A DNA stretch of 63,793 nt, the filler included, from Octopus bimaculoides (taxonomy: Eukaryota), in the NCBI RefSeq assembly GCF_001194135.2. It is 4 parts of 4 records of this genome, joined end to end, with 100 filler letters (N's around TTAATTAATTAA, not from the genome) between each part and the next. Parts side by side here need not be neighbours in the genome. Positions count along the whole stretch, not along the records: positions 29,672 to 59,025 come from NC_068988.1; positions 59,126 to 61,276 come from NW_026413087.1; positions 61,377 to 63,793 come from NW_026434551.1; 1 more part is not named here. One strand, given 5' to 3'. Within the stretch, counting starts at the first letter, position 1, and every line of letters begins with the position of its first letter. A program made the position numbers and the translations under genes. The notes below the pieces were generated by a model that saw nothing but the letters and a program-made list of their open reading frames with translations, searched no databases and was not told where the DNA came from. This document shows positions 50,679 to 63,212 of the stretch, piece after piece.

Positions 50679-51118
50679 TGTTTTGGTATAAAGGATGGGC
50701 TACAGCAAATATTCTGCTCAATACCACAGCTTTGCTTATCAGTTGTTTGACCTTAAACCAGTTGAGCATATCCTTTGGTGGCTGATTATATGTGCATCTC
50801 TGATCACGAGCAGAAATAGAAGGGGATCATCATAGCCATGTGTTGAGAGAAATTCTTTGGATTTTGAATAATTCACCTCTGGAAACATGGATGTTTCGTT
50901 CAACATCCTTAAGCAACCCTTGTTCAAAGACCATTGAGCGGGATGAGCTACTCGACCTGAATAGAATTCTAATTGGGTCACACCTGCAAGGTCATGCGCT
51001 GTTTATCTTGATATGAGATCATCATGTCGTGTACATATGGTTGTGATGCATGTGTTTGGTGTACCCTTATCAGACGTGTAGTCACCATGGGTATTCTGGG
51101 CTCCGTATATGTTACGCC
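50679..51118. mobile_element. Non-coding dispersed repeat 'E', copy 2
   Basis: Matches 21610-21927; (TAA)n immediately left and at 51124-51140. Confidence 0.85.
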
Positions 51119-51284
51119 AGTATGATAATAATAATAATAACGATACTGTTGATGATGATTTTTGTAACCTATATGTGTTTAGAAGCCAATCAAAAACGTT
51201 ACAGGAGGACACAATATATGATGCTATGTGATGTCAAATCGCATAAAGGTGTGACGTGTAAAATGACTGAAACAAAGTAACAAA

Positions 51285-52910
51285 TGTTCAAACATGAAAA
51301 TTCCTGAGAAGCGAAGCGACTTCCGAGTTCTACTCGTTGAAACCCCACAAATCCACGATCACGTTGACCACTAGGGCAAGTGCCCTGTTCTCGTTCTCCT
51401 TCGTCAATTATAATCAATGCCTAGATCAGACCTGTCCATTCAGACCATCCTTGAGACATTCGTCCACCTTTGAACAAACTTGCTGGAGAACATCACTATC
51501 TCTCCGCACCTTCACTTATCTCTTTGAGACAGCCGATGAGGATTTGGCCAAAGCGGTAAATATCTATCTTCAGTCCTTTCAATCTGGTCCACTGCATAAC
51601 CACTTTCGCTGAGACCACCAATCTTACCTGTCTTTTGCGATCAAAGGAAAGCAGTGAAACTATCTTGAAGATGGACTCAACCGACAGCCGTTATCCGTCC
51701 TATACGCGATAGTAGTTGTTCGACATAAGCCTTCATGTCAGCAATGCCTAGGCCCTGGACGAAGTGTTTCGTCGTTCTGCTTCTTATGATTGTAACGTTT
51801 ATCTTGAAGCAGCCATTTTCCTCGATAGCACTGATAAAACAAAGATTTCAGAAACTTTTCCATGGACTGTAAATGACCAACCAGTTGATTCTTATCAATG
51901 TCCAAAGTATCATCGAAAATGTCGCCGAGCTGGTCTGCCAATAAACCTCTACAGAACCCTAAAGTGGACCTGCCAACGATCACGTTATCCGTTGGGCGAA
52001 AGGCTGTGAATGTCTTAAGGCAATCTAGTTTCCATGTGCACTAATTCGGCCTACGCTTGATTTAGTATTGTAGCTCAGTCAAAGAGATGAGTTTGACAAA
52101 CGGAGAGCACACTGCTCAACTTCAAGAAAATACTGGAGATATCGCAGCCAAGCTCATGTCTGTACATTATCATTCTGTATATTGTACGATATACTCAGCG
52201 TGTGTTAACAACAAATAGAGCGCCTAACAAGTAGAATACGTCAGTTCTACAGTAAACGGAAAAGTGAGCGCCCTAGCCCGGTGAGACGTGAAGAGGTACA
52301 AGGCACGTCGGCGTGGAAGTGTTATGTGACGGAGGCGATGTGTGTATTCACCATTTCTACCCTATCTTTCAGGGATAGTTTTTTATCGACCCATTTCTAG
52401 GTGAGATTGGTTAGTCTATTCGCTTTCTCATCCCAGTATCTCTTCACTCAGACCAAAACCAAACTCGGAGCAACTTAAAACGTTTGTACGGCCACTATCC
52501 TACAACGTTATTGGGAAGCACTTATCTGCTCTCAAGGTGCTGAGCTGCAATCCAACTGACTTTTCTTGGTTGATCTTTGCTCCTGTGATGTCGGTAATGT
52601 CGTCGAAGTATGATGACACTGTTCTTCCGCGTGAGATAGCTCTCACCGTCTCTACTTTCTATCGTAGTGATTCAGGAGATAGAACATACGGAAGAGTCGA
52701 CAGGGAACAACGGTTAAGGACCGAGCGCATGATATTAAATGGTTCTGATAGGTAACCATTCATTCTCACCACTGAGCAAATATCGTTGTCGATTTCGACA
52801 GTGCAACCGTGGAAGACAGAATCGAAACCGACCGCCTTGAAAACAGCCGCCAGCTATTGGTAGTCGACCCTATCGAAAGCAATTGATCGGTCTAAATTGA
52901 TCAAGTATTA
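51285..52910 (-). mobile_element. Tx1/L1-like LINE, RT to 3' UTR, decayed
   Basis: LINLDRSIAFDRVDYQ, SVVRMNGYLSEPFNIMRSV, YFDDIT, GAKINQEKSVGLQL, KLSLKDRVE; 3' part resembles 22250-23050. Confidence 0.8.
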
Positions 52911-53352
52911 GCATTCTGATTTTAGGAGCTCAATGAAATAAGTGCCAGTAATATATGTCCACAGATAGTTATCTATAAACCAGCTTACTATGTTTCGTAG
53001 AATATTAGGATGGAGCAGGTAATATAATACTGAAATATTTCATAGTAAGAAAAGAATATATGTAAGGACCATGAGGAGTAAAGCGAGATTAACGAATATC
53101 ATTATAAATATCCTCATCTTTAATTATAATCACGATTACTAAGAAATGCATTAGTAATTATAAAATTATTAACTATTAAAATAAAGTATAATTAAGCTAT
53201 TGACTCGTAAACATCGGGCTTTACTAGTTCTGATGTATTTCAATGTTATGTTAATGGCTCATAAATCCGGATATACGACAATTAAGATATCTGATAGAAT
53301 TATTACGATCTAAATCAAAATAATTTCCTTGAATACAGCTATTAAAGTTAGA

Positions 53353-53435
53353 AGGGTCGATGAAATAAAGTACAAAGTCAAATACTAATATCGATTTTAT
53401 TGGCTGTGCCCCCACCAACATTTATTGCTTTTCGC
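53353..53435 (+). mobile_element. Very old SINE family B-like tail fragment
   Basis: agggtcgatgaaataaagtac...atcgatttt..ggctgtgcccccacc. Confidence 0.4.
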
Positions 53436-53782
53436 CATTTACAGAGACCTGTAAAATGACTTTAATGTCGAATCCAACTCATAGAGTGTAATGTAGGAAT
53501 TACCTAATGTTTAGTTTGTTTTTATGACATAGTCCGAGGAGATGCAATAGTGACAATAGATCCTGTAAACTCCACTATATCAATATAGAGGAGTTCACAC
53601 ACACGGTAAGCCGTGTAGATGAGATGTGGAATACAGTGAAGGAGTTTTAGACTACCACAATCCGATTGAGAGTAAAGTGCAGGGCCCAGGAAACGGAGAT
53701 TATGTAGTGGTGAGGGAATAGAAGATACGCGTGTTTTTGAGTGTGATACATAGACTGCTCCTTATAAGCATCAGAAAACTTT

Positions 53783-54118
53783 AGATATAATACATTTCTA
53801 AATCTCTCAGAGAGATTTATGCAGTAGTGATACGATGAAGTAGTTGTATACTGTCAACTTAATGTGACAGTTCCCTGAAGGAAATAATACTACTGTTGGT
53901 TAGACCTAGAAGCAGCACTGCTTCCTGTTGGCCTTGACACATTTCCTGTGTCCTTATGTTTACAAGGGGAAGTGCTTGTCTCCCTCTTGTAAACTTAAGG
54001 ACACAGGAAATGTGTCAAAGCCGAAAGGAAGCGGTGCTGCTTCTAGGTCTAACCAACAGTAGTATTATTCCCTTCGGGGGACTGTCACATTAGGTTGACA
54101 GTATACAACTACTTCATC
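53783..54118. mobile_element. Foldback element: ~137-bp inverted arms, 10-nt loop, ~50-bp one-sided tail
   Basis: 53834-53970 vs 53981-54118 near-perfect inverted; catcagaaaacttt direct repeat at 53769-53782 and 54115-54128. Confidence 0.85.
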
Positions 54119-54339
54119 AGAAAACTTTGTTGTTACAGAAAAGAACTAAAGAAAAGAGGCATCAACATACTTTACCAGTTAGCAAATGACAAACATTTCA
54201 ACATAGTGTTTAACATGTAACACATACATACATACATACATACATACATACATACTTGCGTTGATTGTAATTGGATGCACGAAAGTCATGGGGAAAAAAC
54301 TGCGAGGTCTACATAAAAAAGAAAAGGTGGCTTACAGAG

Positions 54340-54538
54340 GGGAGATATTTCAGACTTTAGTAAGTACAGTGTGTTTAGGGCATTTACTTCATGAGTTCAA
54401 ATACCGCCGAGATACATTTTACCATCCAACACTTCGTGGCTCGATATAATAAATGTCAGTTAGTACTAAAGTTTAATGTAATCGACTACCAGCTCCCACT
54501 AAAACTGTTGGCCTTCTCACAAAAATTAGAAAGAATCG
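54340..54538 (+). mobile_element. Old diverged SINE family B-like copy
   Basis: gagttcaaataccgccgag...gtaatcgactacc...ggccttctcacaaaaattagaaagaat. Confidence 0.6.
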
Positions 54539-55546
54539 TTTGAGCAATTTTAATTAATTAAATGGTATATTTGTTTCATTATATTATGTATTTTGCCTCT
54601 TCTTAACTAATATACCCTGCTAACTTTTCTTTGTCAGTCATTTAAGTTGTCAGCCTATAAAAATTTACTCAGTCAAAATCTTTATATCCTTCAGTTAAGT
54701 AGAATCTAGTGATGACTATACTTCTCTTGATGGACCTAATATATCTGGATCTGTTATCGTACTGCGAGAAAGTTAGATTCATTCCCCTCATATACCTTCC
54801 TTCATGTTTTAATTAATCTTAATCACAAAGTTGAAACATTTCTAAATTAGACTTATTAGTAAAGCAAATGATTTTCCTCCTTCCCATGAGTGCAGTTTTA
54901 ATTAATATATTTATTCTTAAATGACTAGGTATTACGTATGTTTGATCACTACTTAACGACATAGTAGCTGCAGTTTTATTACATATCTTGTTTTCCACAG
55001 CTAATTAATTACACCCTTCTTTCAACTAATCGTCATTAATACTGCTAGCCTGAACATGCTACCTTAGAACATACTCGAAATTTTAGAACAAATCTACAAC
55101 TAATTTCAATAGATCCTTATCAGGTGTATACACATAACAATTTTTCACTTCAAACTAGGATAATGCAAACCATACATAAATTTCTATCTACTTTATACAT
55201 TGGTCTTCTTTCACGCAGAGTTGTAAACTCAAGATCAAAATCTACGAAATAACTATATCGAGAATAAACTATCTATTCATGAGGATAGATATCAGAGGTG
55301 TAGAACATTTTAAGAATACATATCACAAATACATCAGTTTCACTTACCGTCCATTAGAAACACAGATGTTTGTAGCTGAATATTCACTCTATAACAGGTT
55401 AGTATTAGTAACCTAATAAACTAGATGTGGAGATTTGAACAAAAATCCATTAACGAAAACATGTTCTGAAAACGTACATTTTTGCAAAAATACTCAAGTG
55501 TATATGAAGGAGTGTGTGTGTGTGCACAGAGAAAGATTTATCTATG

Positions 55547-55622
<76 letters not shown>

Positions 55623-57797
55623 GATGTATGTATGTATGCATGTATGTATTATATTATTCAATAATTTGTGCCCGTATGTGTCTATATTCATATATATATA
55701 TATATATATACATATACATACATACATGCATATACATATACATATATATATATACATATACATATATACATATACATATATACACGCATGTATATGTACA
55801 TATCTATACAAATTTGTATGCTTGAAAGTATATATGCTTATTGATGGAAATGTCCATAAGCGTGTTCGCAATAATGCGCAATTTGAAAATATGTTTTCGT
55901 TAATGGATTTTTGTTTAAACCTGCATATCATTCAGTTTATTAGGTTACTAATACTAACTAGTTTTATATTGAACATTCAGATATAATCCCATATACATAC
56001 ATATATATATTTTTATATATATATATATATATATATNNNNNNNNNNNNNNNNNNNNNNNNNNNNNNNNNNNNNNNNNNNNNNNNNNNNNNNNNNNNNNNN
56101 NNNNNNNNNNNNNNNNNNNNNNNNNNNNNNNNNNNNNNNNNNNNNNNNNNNNNNNNNNNNNNNNNNNNNNNNNNNNNNNNNNNNNNNNNNNNNNNNNNNN
56201 NNNNNNNNNNNNNNNNNNNNNNNNNNNNNNNNNNNNNNNNNNNNNNNNNNNNNNNNNNNNNNNNNNNNNNTATATATATACATATATATATAGATTGATA
56301 GATATATATATATACATACATGTACACATACATCGAGGTATAAGTTTCGTGTTAATGCTCACACACATCAATATTTAACCACGTCATAGGGTATATAAAC
56401 CAGTCTTGTATAAATATTGAAAGAATAGTTTAGCTGCCTAAGGGAGAGTGTAAAACAAGGCCAAGCAATTATTAAAAAATTACACGAAACAGCTCTTTGT
56501 AACATTTATTTGTGTTAGGAAGCTGTGTCCCGGGTATAGATGTGTCAATATACACGAAATTATACATACACACATATATGCACGCTCAAACAAACACGTA
56601 GATGTACTAGTAAGTATATATATATATATATATATGCATGTCGTCAACAAGTAAACATGCAGAAGAAAAGAGCACTATATACAACCCTCAAGGACTAAGA
56701 GGACATACGTCACGTGTGTACACTTATGCATCAAACATCACTGTATCACGATTCAGTGAACAGCTGATTGGTCTCCATTATATCTGTTTGTGTGTTTCTA
56801 TATATANNNNNNNNNNNNNNNNNNNNNNNNNNNNNNNNNNNNNNNNNNNNNNNNNNNNNNNNNNNNNNNNNNNNNNNNNNNNNNNNNNNNNNNNNNNNNN
56901 NNNNNNNNNNNNNNNNNNNNNNNNNNNNNNNNNNNNNNNNNNNNNNNNNNNNNNNNNNNNNNNNNNNNNNNNNNNNNNNNNNNNNNNNNNNNNNNNNNNN
57001 NNNNNNNNNNNNNNNNNNNNNNNNNNNNNNNNNNNNNNNNNNNNNNNNNNNNNNNNNNNNNNNNNNNNNNNNNNNNNNNNNNNNNNNNNNNNNNNNNNNN
57101 NNNNNNNNNNNNNNNNNNNNNNNNNNNNNNNNNNNNNNNNNNNNNNNNNNNNNNNNNNNNNNNNNNNNNNNNNNNNNNNNNNNNNNNNNNNNNNNNNNNN
57201 NNNNNNNNNNNNNNNNNNNNNNNNNNNNNNNNNNNNNNNNNNNNNNNNNNNNNNNNNNNNNNNNNNNNNNNNNNNNNNNNNNNNNNNNNNNNNNNNNNNN
57301 NNNNNNNNNNNNNNNNNNNNNNNNNNNNNNNNNNNNNNNNNNNNNNNNNNNNNNNNNNNNNNNNNNNNNNNNNNNNNNNNNNNNNNNNNNNNNNNNNNNN
57401 NNNNNNNNNNNNNNNNNNNNNNNNNNNNNNNNNNNNNNNNNNNNNNNNNNNNNNNNNNNNNNNNNNNNNNNNNNNNNNNNNNNNNNNNNNNNNNNNNNNN
57501 NNNNNNNNNNNNNNNNNNNNNNNNNNNNNNNNNNNNNNNNNNNNNNNNNNNNNNNNNNNNNNNNNNNNNNNNNNNNNNNNNNNNNNNNNNNNNNNNNNNN
57601 NNNNNNNNNNNNNNNNNNNNNNNNNNNNNNNNNNNNNNNNNNNNNNNNNNNNNNNNNNNNNNNNNNNNNNNNNNNNNNNNNNNNNNNNNNNNNNNNNNNN
57701 NNNNNNNNNNNNNNNNNNNNNNNNNNNNNNNNNNNNNNNNNNNNNNNNNNNNNNNNNNNNNNNNNNNNNNNNNNNNNNNNNNNNNNNNNNNNNNNNN

Positions 57798-57828
<31 letters not shown>

Positions 57829-58088
57829 CATATTATATGTTATGATATATGATATATGTATGTATGTAGGCTTTATAAATTTACAATTTCAACACATTTT
57901 AACCCTGTACATATTGTATTCTACGCCTTGGTTTTTGTGCCACCCAACTTATGTATCAAACATAATTTCGCTTATAGATACACAAATTCTACACACACAC
58001 ACACACACACATACCACATAGATAGATACATACCGATATAGATAGACACATACCCACATATATTCAGAGTTACAGAGTGACTGAAGGA

Positions 58089-58427
58089 CCGAGTATTTCG
58101 TGCCTTAGCACTTATCAATGTGATAAGTTCCGGTGCACTTATCTCGTCTTTAAAGCACTCACTAATTTCTGATGAATAATGATAATATTGAGAATTTATA
58201 TACCACGTAGTGCCAAACTAACAATGGAATTTGAAGCGGTCCGAGTATTTCGTGCCTTAGCACTTATCAATGTGATAAGTTCCGGTGCCTTAGCACTTAT
58301 CAATGTGATAAGTTCCGGTGCACTTATCTCGTCTTTAAAGCACTCACTAATTTCTGATGAATAATGATAATATTGAGAATTTATATACCACGTAGTGCCA
58401 AACTAACAATGGAATTTGAAGCGGTCC
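58089..58427. repeat. Perfect 152-bp tandem duplication with a nested 33-bp duplication
   Basis: Units start at 58089 and 58241; gtgccttagcacttatcaatgtgataagttccg repeated at 58252 and 58285. Confidence 0.9.
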
Positions 58428-58534
58428 GATGTTGCTACATTAAAACGTTTGTAACTGTGTAGCAGATGAGCTACAGGAATGAGCTGAAAAAAAAAACAAC
58501 CACTTTACTCCCTGAAGTGGAGACGCAACTGGTA

Positions 58535-58862
58535 TAGAATAACCTATATATGGATAATTTTGGAAGAGCAACTACCTAATTTCAGCATTCAGTGTTTTAG
58601 AAATACACGAAGAGGACACAGTTGAATTGTACCAATGATACCGTCCACTCAATCTAAACTCAGGGCCAGGTATTGCAATAGCTTAGGGTTTAAGAACCCA
58701 CAGTTTTTCGATGCCCTGCCACTGAAATTAAGAAACCTACACAATGTGGACGTGGATGTCTTCAAAAAGGAGCTAGACATTCTCCTCTCCATAATACAGG
58801 ATGAACCAACAGCCCAGCATGAGGTACAGGAGAGGCCAGCGGTGTCAAATTCTTCAAACACC
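58535..58862 (+). mobile_element. CR1/L2-like LINE 3' coding end, decayed
   Basis: RARYCNSLGFKNPQFFDALPLKLRNLHNVDVDVFKKELDILLSIIQDEP resembles the CR1/L2-group C-terminus (..N.LP..LR....FK..LD..L). Confidence 0.7.
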
Positions 58863-59125
58863 ATATGGGCCATACTCGAGTAGCGATATGAAATCTCACC
58901 ACCCTGAAGAAATCAGAGAAAGAAGGATCATACGTAAAAGGATCATAATGATGGTGCTCCACCATAACCTCATCCACATGGCTGAAACGAATAAAAGAAT
59001 ATATATATATATATATATATATATANNNNNNNNNNNNNNNNNNNNNNNNNNNNNNNNNNNNNNNNNNNNTTAATTAATTAANNNNNNNNNNNNNNNNNNN
59101 NNNNNNNNNNNNNNNNNNNNNNNNN

Positions 59126-59601
59126 GTTTCTTATCTAGTGGTGATAGCATAAGGGACAATTACTTCTAAAGGGAGAGAAGGTGTAAGCAGTATGCATGGA
59201 CAAAGCTATAAAATGTTTTAGAATCTAAAGGTTTCACTGGTCATAGTAGTACTGACATTATTTCATGATTTTTGTGGAAAATAATTACATCTAATTTTAT
59301 TTATTTTATTAACATACCTCTTATTGTGTAAATATTGGTTAGAGTATTGTTGTTATCTGTACCAGTATACTGTTACTCTATTCGGACCAAGAGAAAAAAC
59401 CTATTTGACCCATATACCTAGGGTTGTAATTCCTCAACATTAATTCCTCAACATTTTGATAGTAAAATGACATGATACTACTATGACCAGCGAAACTTTT
59501 AGATTCTAATACATTTTATAGCCTTGTCCATGCATACTGCTTACACCTTCCCTCCCTTTAGAAGTAATTGTCCCTTATGCTATCACCACTAGATAAGAAA
59601 C
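59126..59601. mobile_element. MITE/foldback with ~125-bp terminal inverted repeats
   Basis: 59126-59251 is the reverse complement of 59476-59601; the left end abuts a gap. Confidence 0.85.
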
Positions 59602-60567
59602 AATAAAATCTGAGACAGTTAAAACTATTGTCTAGAATCAATTACTAGCCTGATAGACTCGGCTATGTATTCTTCCTCACATTTGGATTTTTATGTATTC
59701 TCTCTCCCACTTGGATTTGAAATGTTGCCACATTTATAATATGTCTTTTCTACAGTAATTTTCTTCATTTTCATGCAGCTGAAGATTGCTCTTCATATTG
59801 CATTTAATGTAATGCTCGCATTACTTAAATAAATTGGAGTAGCATGAAACGTGCATACNNNNNNNNNNNNNNNNNNNNNNNNNNNNNNNNNNNNNNNNNN
59901 NNNNNNNNNNNNNNNNNNNNNNNNNNNNNNNNNNNNNNNNNNNNNNNNNNNNNNNNNNNNNNNNNNNNNNNNNNNNNNNNNNNNNNNNNNNNNNNNNNNN
60001 NNNNNNNNNNNNNNNNNNNNNNNNNNNNNNNNNNNNNNNNNNNNNNNNNNNNNNNNNNNNNNNNNNNNNNNNNNNNNNNNNNNNNNNNNNNNNNNNNNNN
60101 NNNNNNNNNNNNNNNNNNNNNNNNNNNNNNNNNNNNNNNNNNNNNNNNNNNNNNNNNNNNNNNNNNNNNNNNNNNNNNNNNNNNNNNNNNNNNNNNNNNN
60201 NNNNNNNNNNNNNNNNNNNNNNNNNNNNNNNNNNNNNNNNNNNNNNNNNNNNNNNNNNNNNNNNNNNNNNNNNNNNNNNNNNNNNNNNNNNNNNNNNNNN
60301 NNNNNNNNNNNNNNNNNNNNNNNNNNNNNNNNNNNNNNNNNNNNNNNNNNNNNNNNNNNNNNNNNNNNNNNNNNNNNNNNNNNNNNNNNNNNNNNNNNNN
60401 NNNNNNNNNNNNNNNNNNNNNNNNNNNNNNNNNNNNNNNNNNNNNNNNNNNNNNNNNNNNNNNNNNNNNNNNNNNNNNNNNNNNNNNNNNNNNNNNNNNN
60501 NNNNNNNNNNNNNNNNNNNNNNNNNNNNNNNNNNNNNNNNNNNNNNNNNNNNNTATATATATATAAT

Positions 60568-60660
60568 ATAAATTAAGGACCACTTGCGTACTAGGTTCGA
60601 TCTAATCGACTGGCCCCCTCTCTCAAAATTTCGACCCTTCTGACTAGAGTAGAAAAGAAT
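60568..60660 (+). mobile_element. SINE family B 3' fragment
   Basis: ataaattaag...gatctaatcgactggccccct...agagtagaaaagaat. Confidence 0.85.
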
Positions 60661-61477
60661 ATGATTCAGTTACTAGATTCAAAATTCGCCTCTCCTTCAG
60701 TTATATTGTCACTGCATCTACACCTCTCTCCCGCTGGCTTTTCATTTCCTTTGAAGGAAGCTAAATTAAAATGTTCTCATCCAGTCAACAGAAGGAAATG
60801 TAGGGAGACAGGTATTGGAATTTAGTACAAATATATATTATACGCAATTCCCCGTAGACGTCGGCATTTAATGACTGAGATCATTTGAATATCAAATTAC
60901 CAACTGAAAATTAACACGTTGGAAGTACTTAATACGATCAAACAAAACTAACCACTGTTTGATGATACATAAATCGAAATATAGGCTCTATATGGAGGTG
61001 TTAGTATCTACATAAAAGACTTTGGCCTTCATTAAAGTAAAGAATAAACAAAACTGCGAAAACATGCATTACGGGCCTGTATTGCCCTACATAATTCGGA
61101 AATGAAATTAGGAATAGTTTAATGCCAAAGTGAAAAGTACTCACCATACACAAACATAAATGTAACTGATCAAAAATGTGACGCTTTGAATGTAATACAC
61201 ACAAATATTCACAAACACAAAACCATGAAGAAATACGTATACACACACACATACACACACACACACACACACATATNNNNNNNNNNNNNNNNNNNNNNNN
61301 NNNNNNNNNNNNNNNNNNNNTTAATTAATTAANNNNNNNNNNNNNNNNNNNNNNNNNNNNNNNNNNNNNNNNNNNNCAAACATAAAATAATAATAATAAT
61401 AATAATAATAACAACAACAACAACAATAACAACACAACAACAATAACAACACAACAACAATATTAACAACAACAACA

Positions 61478-61569
61478 TCTTTCAATACACTAAAGATAAC
61501 ATCAAAAATCCAAGGCACATAGAGCTTCGACCGTTAGTGCAGTGAAAGCACGAAATAAAAATAAGACTA

Positions 61570-61573
<4 letters not shown>
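61478..61573 (+). mobile_element. R4/Dong-like D1, ~95-bp 3' end in a (CAA)/(TAA) tract
   Basis: ttcaatac...ccaaggcacatagagc...gtgaaagcacg...actactga matches 47000-47108; followed by (TAA)n. Confidence 0.8.
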
Positions 61574-61643
<70 letters not shown>

Positions 61644-61912
61644 TAATAATAATGAATTCGTAAAATTCATCATTATTTGATTCATGTAAAAGTACAAAAA
61701 TATCACAAAAACATCATTAAAATAGAGAATGAACAATCAGAACGCGTTTGCATCAAAACTGCCAGAGCAACTGTAAATATTTTCGTTGTTAGGGTACAAA
61801 CCACAAAATCTGGAAAGGTACTTTTGACTGATGAAGTAAATAGCTGATTTATAAATTCTTTCTAATCATTTCCTCATCTACTTTTCAAATTGTACATTGT
61901 TATCTTCAATTA

Positions 61913-62176
61913 CATTAATTACATTATTTACATTTGATGGATATTTGTCCTCATCTTGTTTGTTGCTAACATAACGTTTTGGCTGATATACCAGCCCTCA
62001 TCAGGTGTCTTGGGGTAATTTCGAACCTGGGTTCCCCAAGACACCTGATGAAGGCTGAACGGGTATATCAACCGAAACGTTGTGATAGCAACAAATAAGA
62101 TGAGGACAAATATCTGTCAAATGTAAATAATGTAATTAACGTACATAATTCCTCATTTCTTATATATATAGCTGTA
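61913..62176. mobile_element. Second hammerhead-bearing foldback of the 39-kb family (no tRNA head), 13-bp TSD
   Basis: Inverted arms meeting at ~62030; ttatcttcaatta at 61900-61912 and 62177-62189. Confidence 0.88.
62040..62085 (+). ncRNA. Putative minimal hammerhead ribozyme with intact catalytic core
   Basis: gacac-CTGATGA(62045-62051)-a-ggctga..tcaacc-GAAA(62074-62077)-cg-T-T-gtga. Confidence 0.65.
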
Positions 62177-62737
62177 TTATCTTCAATTAGTTTTTTTTTT
62201 ATCAGAATCATCATAGCTATCCTTATCTTAATTAGGTTCGAAAATTTAACAATTTACAGCAAAGTTTAATTAATTAATTAATTAATTAATTAATTAATCT
62301 ATGTTAGCTGAGATTTCATCATGTATTGTATTTTTTCTCACTTGTATTATTTAATTGTGTGAAATGTTACTTTGCAACGTTTTAATTTCTTTTTCATAAA
62401 TATTAGAATCTAAAAATGCTGATTGACAATAAATGATAAGGTTTAACTATATCAATCATGAGTAGTAAATTTATAACGGAATTATTGAAGCTTCAACTGG
62501 AAAGATACCGTTGATGTTCTGCTAACCATCAGTATTTAGAATTAAAAGCATATATTCGCCTCCCACCTTCTAGTATTAAAACAAATGCTACTTTTCTTAT
62601 CAAATTATAGATTTGTTGTTTACCGATCAAGGTTTCACGATTTGGTACCGGTTTATAGTGACGCTCTATAAATGCATCTCATTGCAACACGCTTCCGATT
62701 GAAATCAGTACTACTCCGCTTTGATTTTTTTTTTCAG

Positions 62738-62830
62738 CTTGAACAAAAGGCATGAAGGTCCTACAATCAATGGGAGGGGAAGGGGGATGCTGTGATGTTC
62801 ATACCTTTCCTAAAGGCATTATTAACATAG
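62738..62830 (+). other. Candidate exon, possibly a first coding exon (MKVLQSMGGEGGCCDVHTFPKGIINI)
   Basis: Strong acceptor tttttttttcag, strong donor ag/gtaagt; ATG at 62752 open to the donor; no recognisable homolog. Confidence 0.3.
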
Positions 62831-63212
62831 GTAAGTGAAATGATTTCAATACCGAATCGAAACCACACCGTGACCTCGTCTCATCGAGTGCTTACTGATA
62901 AATAGCATTCGTTGCCCACAAAGAAACGCTGTATTATAACGTAACGGAATAAAGAAGCATTAAGAAATATATAGAAAGGAATCAAGATTTCATCAAAAAA
63001 AAAAAAAAAAAAGAGGAAAATGGACGAACAAGAATTAAGGATAATTTTTATACATTTGAAAGTATTGAATTAACTTCATAAATTGAGATTGGAAAGTCAG
63101 AGAGTTTTCAGAAAAGTATGAATGTTTCACGCCAAAAGGAAAAAGGATAAAACAAGATCCTTTACTATTAACAAATACATCATGGTATTTTTTACTAAAC
63201 TATATATAAGGT

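Noticed and set aside
53533-53605. Open 73-nt segment ending at gtaagc; similar weak candidates near 14090, 26090 and 45045
   Set aside because: Too short, or only one good splice site; cannot be supported without RNA data.
53834-53900. Hammerhead reading CTGATGA-agtagt...actact in the 53.8-kb foldback
   Set aside because: No GAAA after the putative stem II, and the CTGA belongs to the flanking direct repeat.
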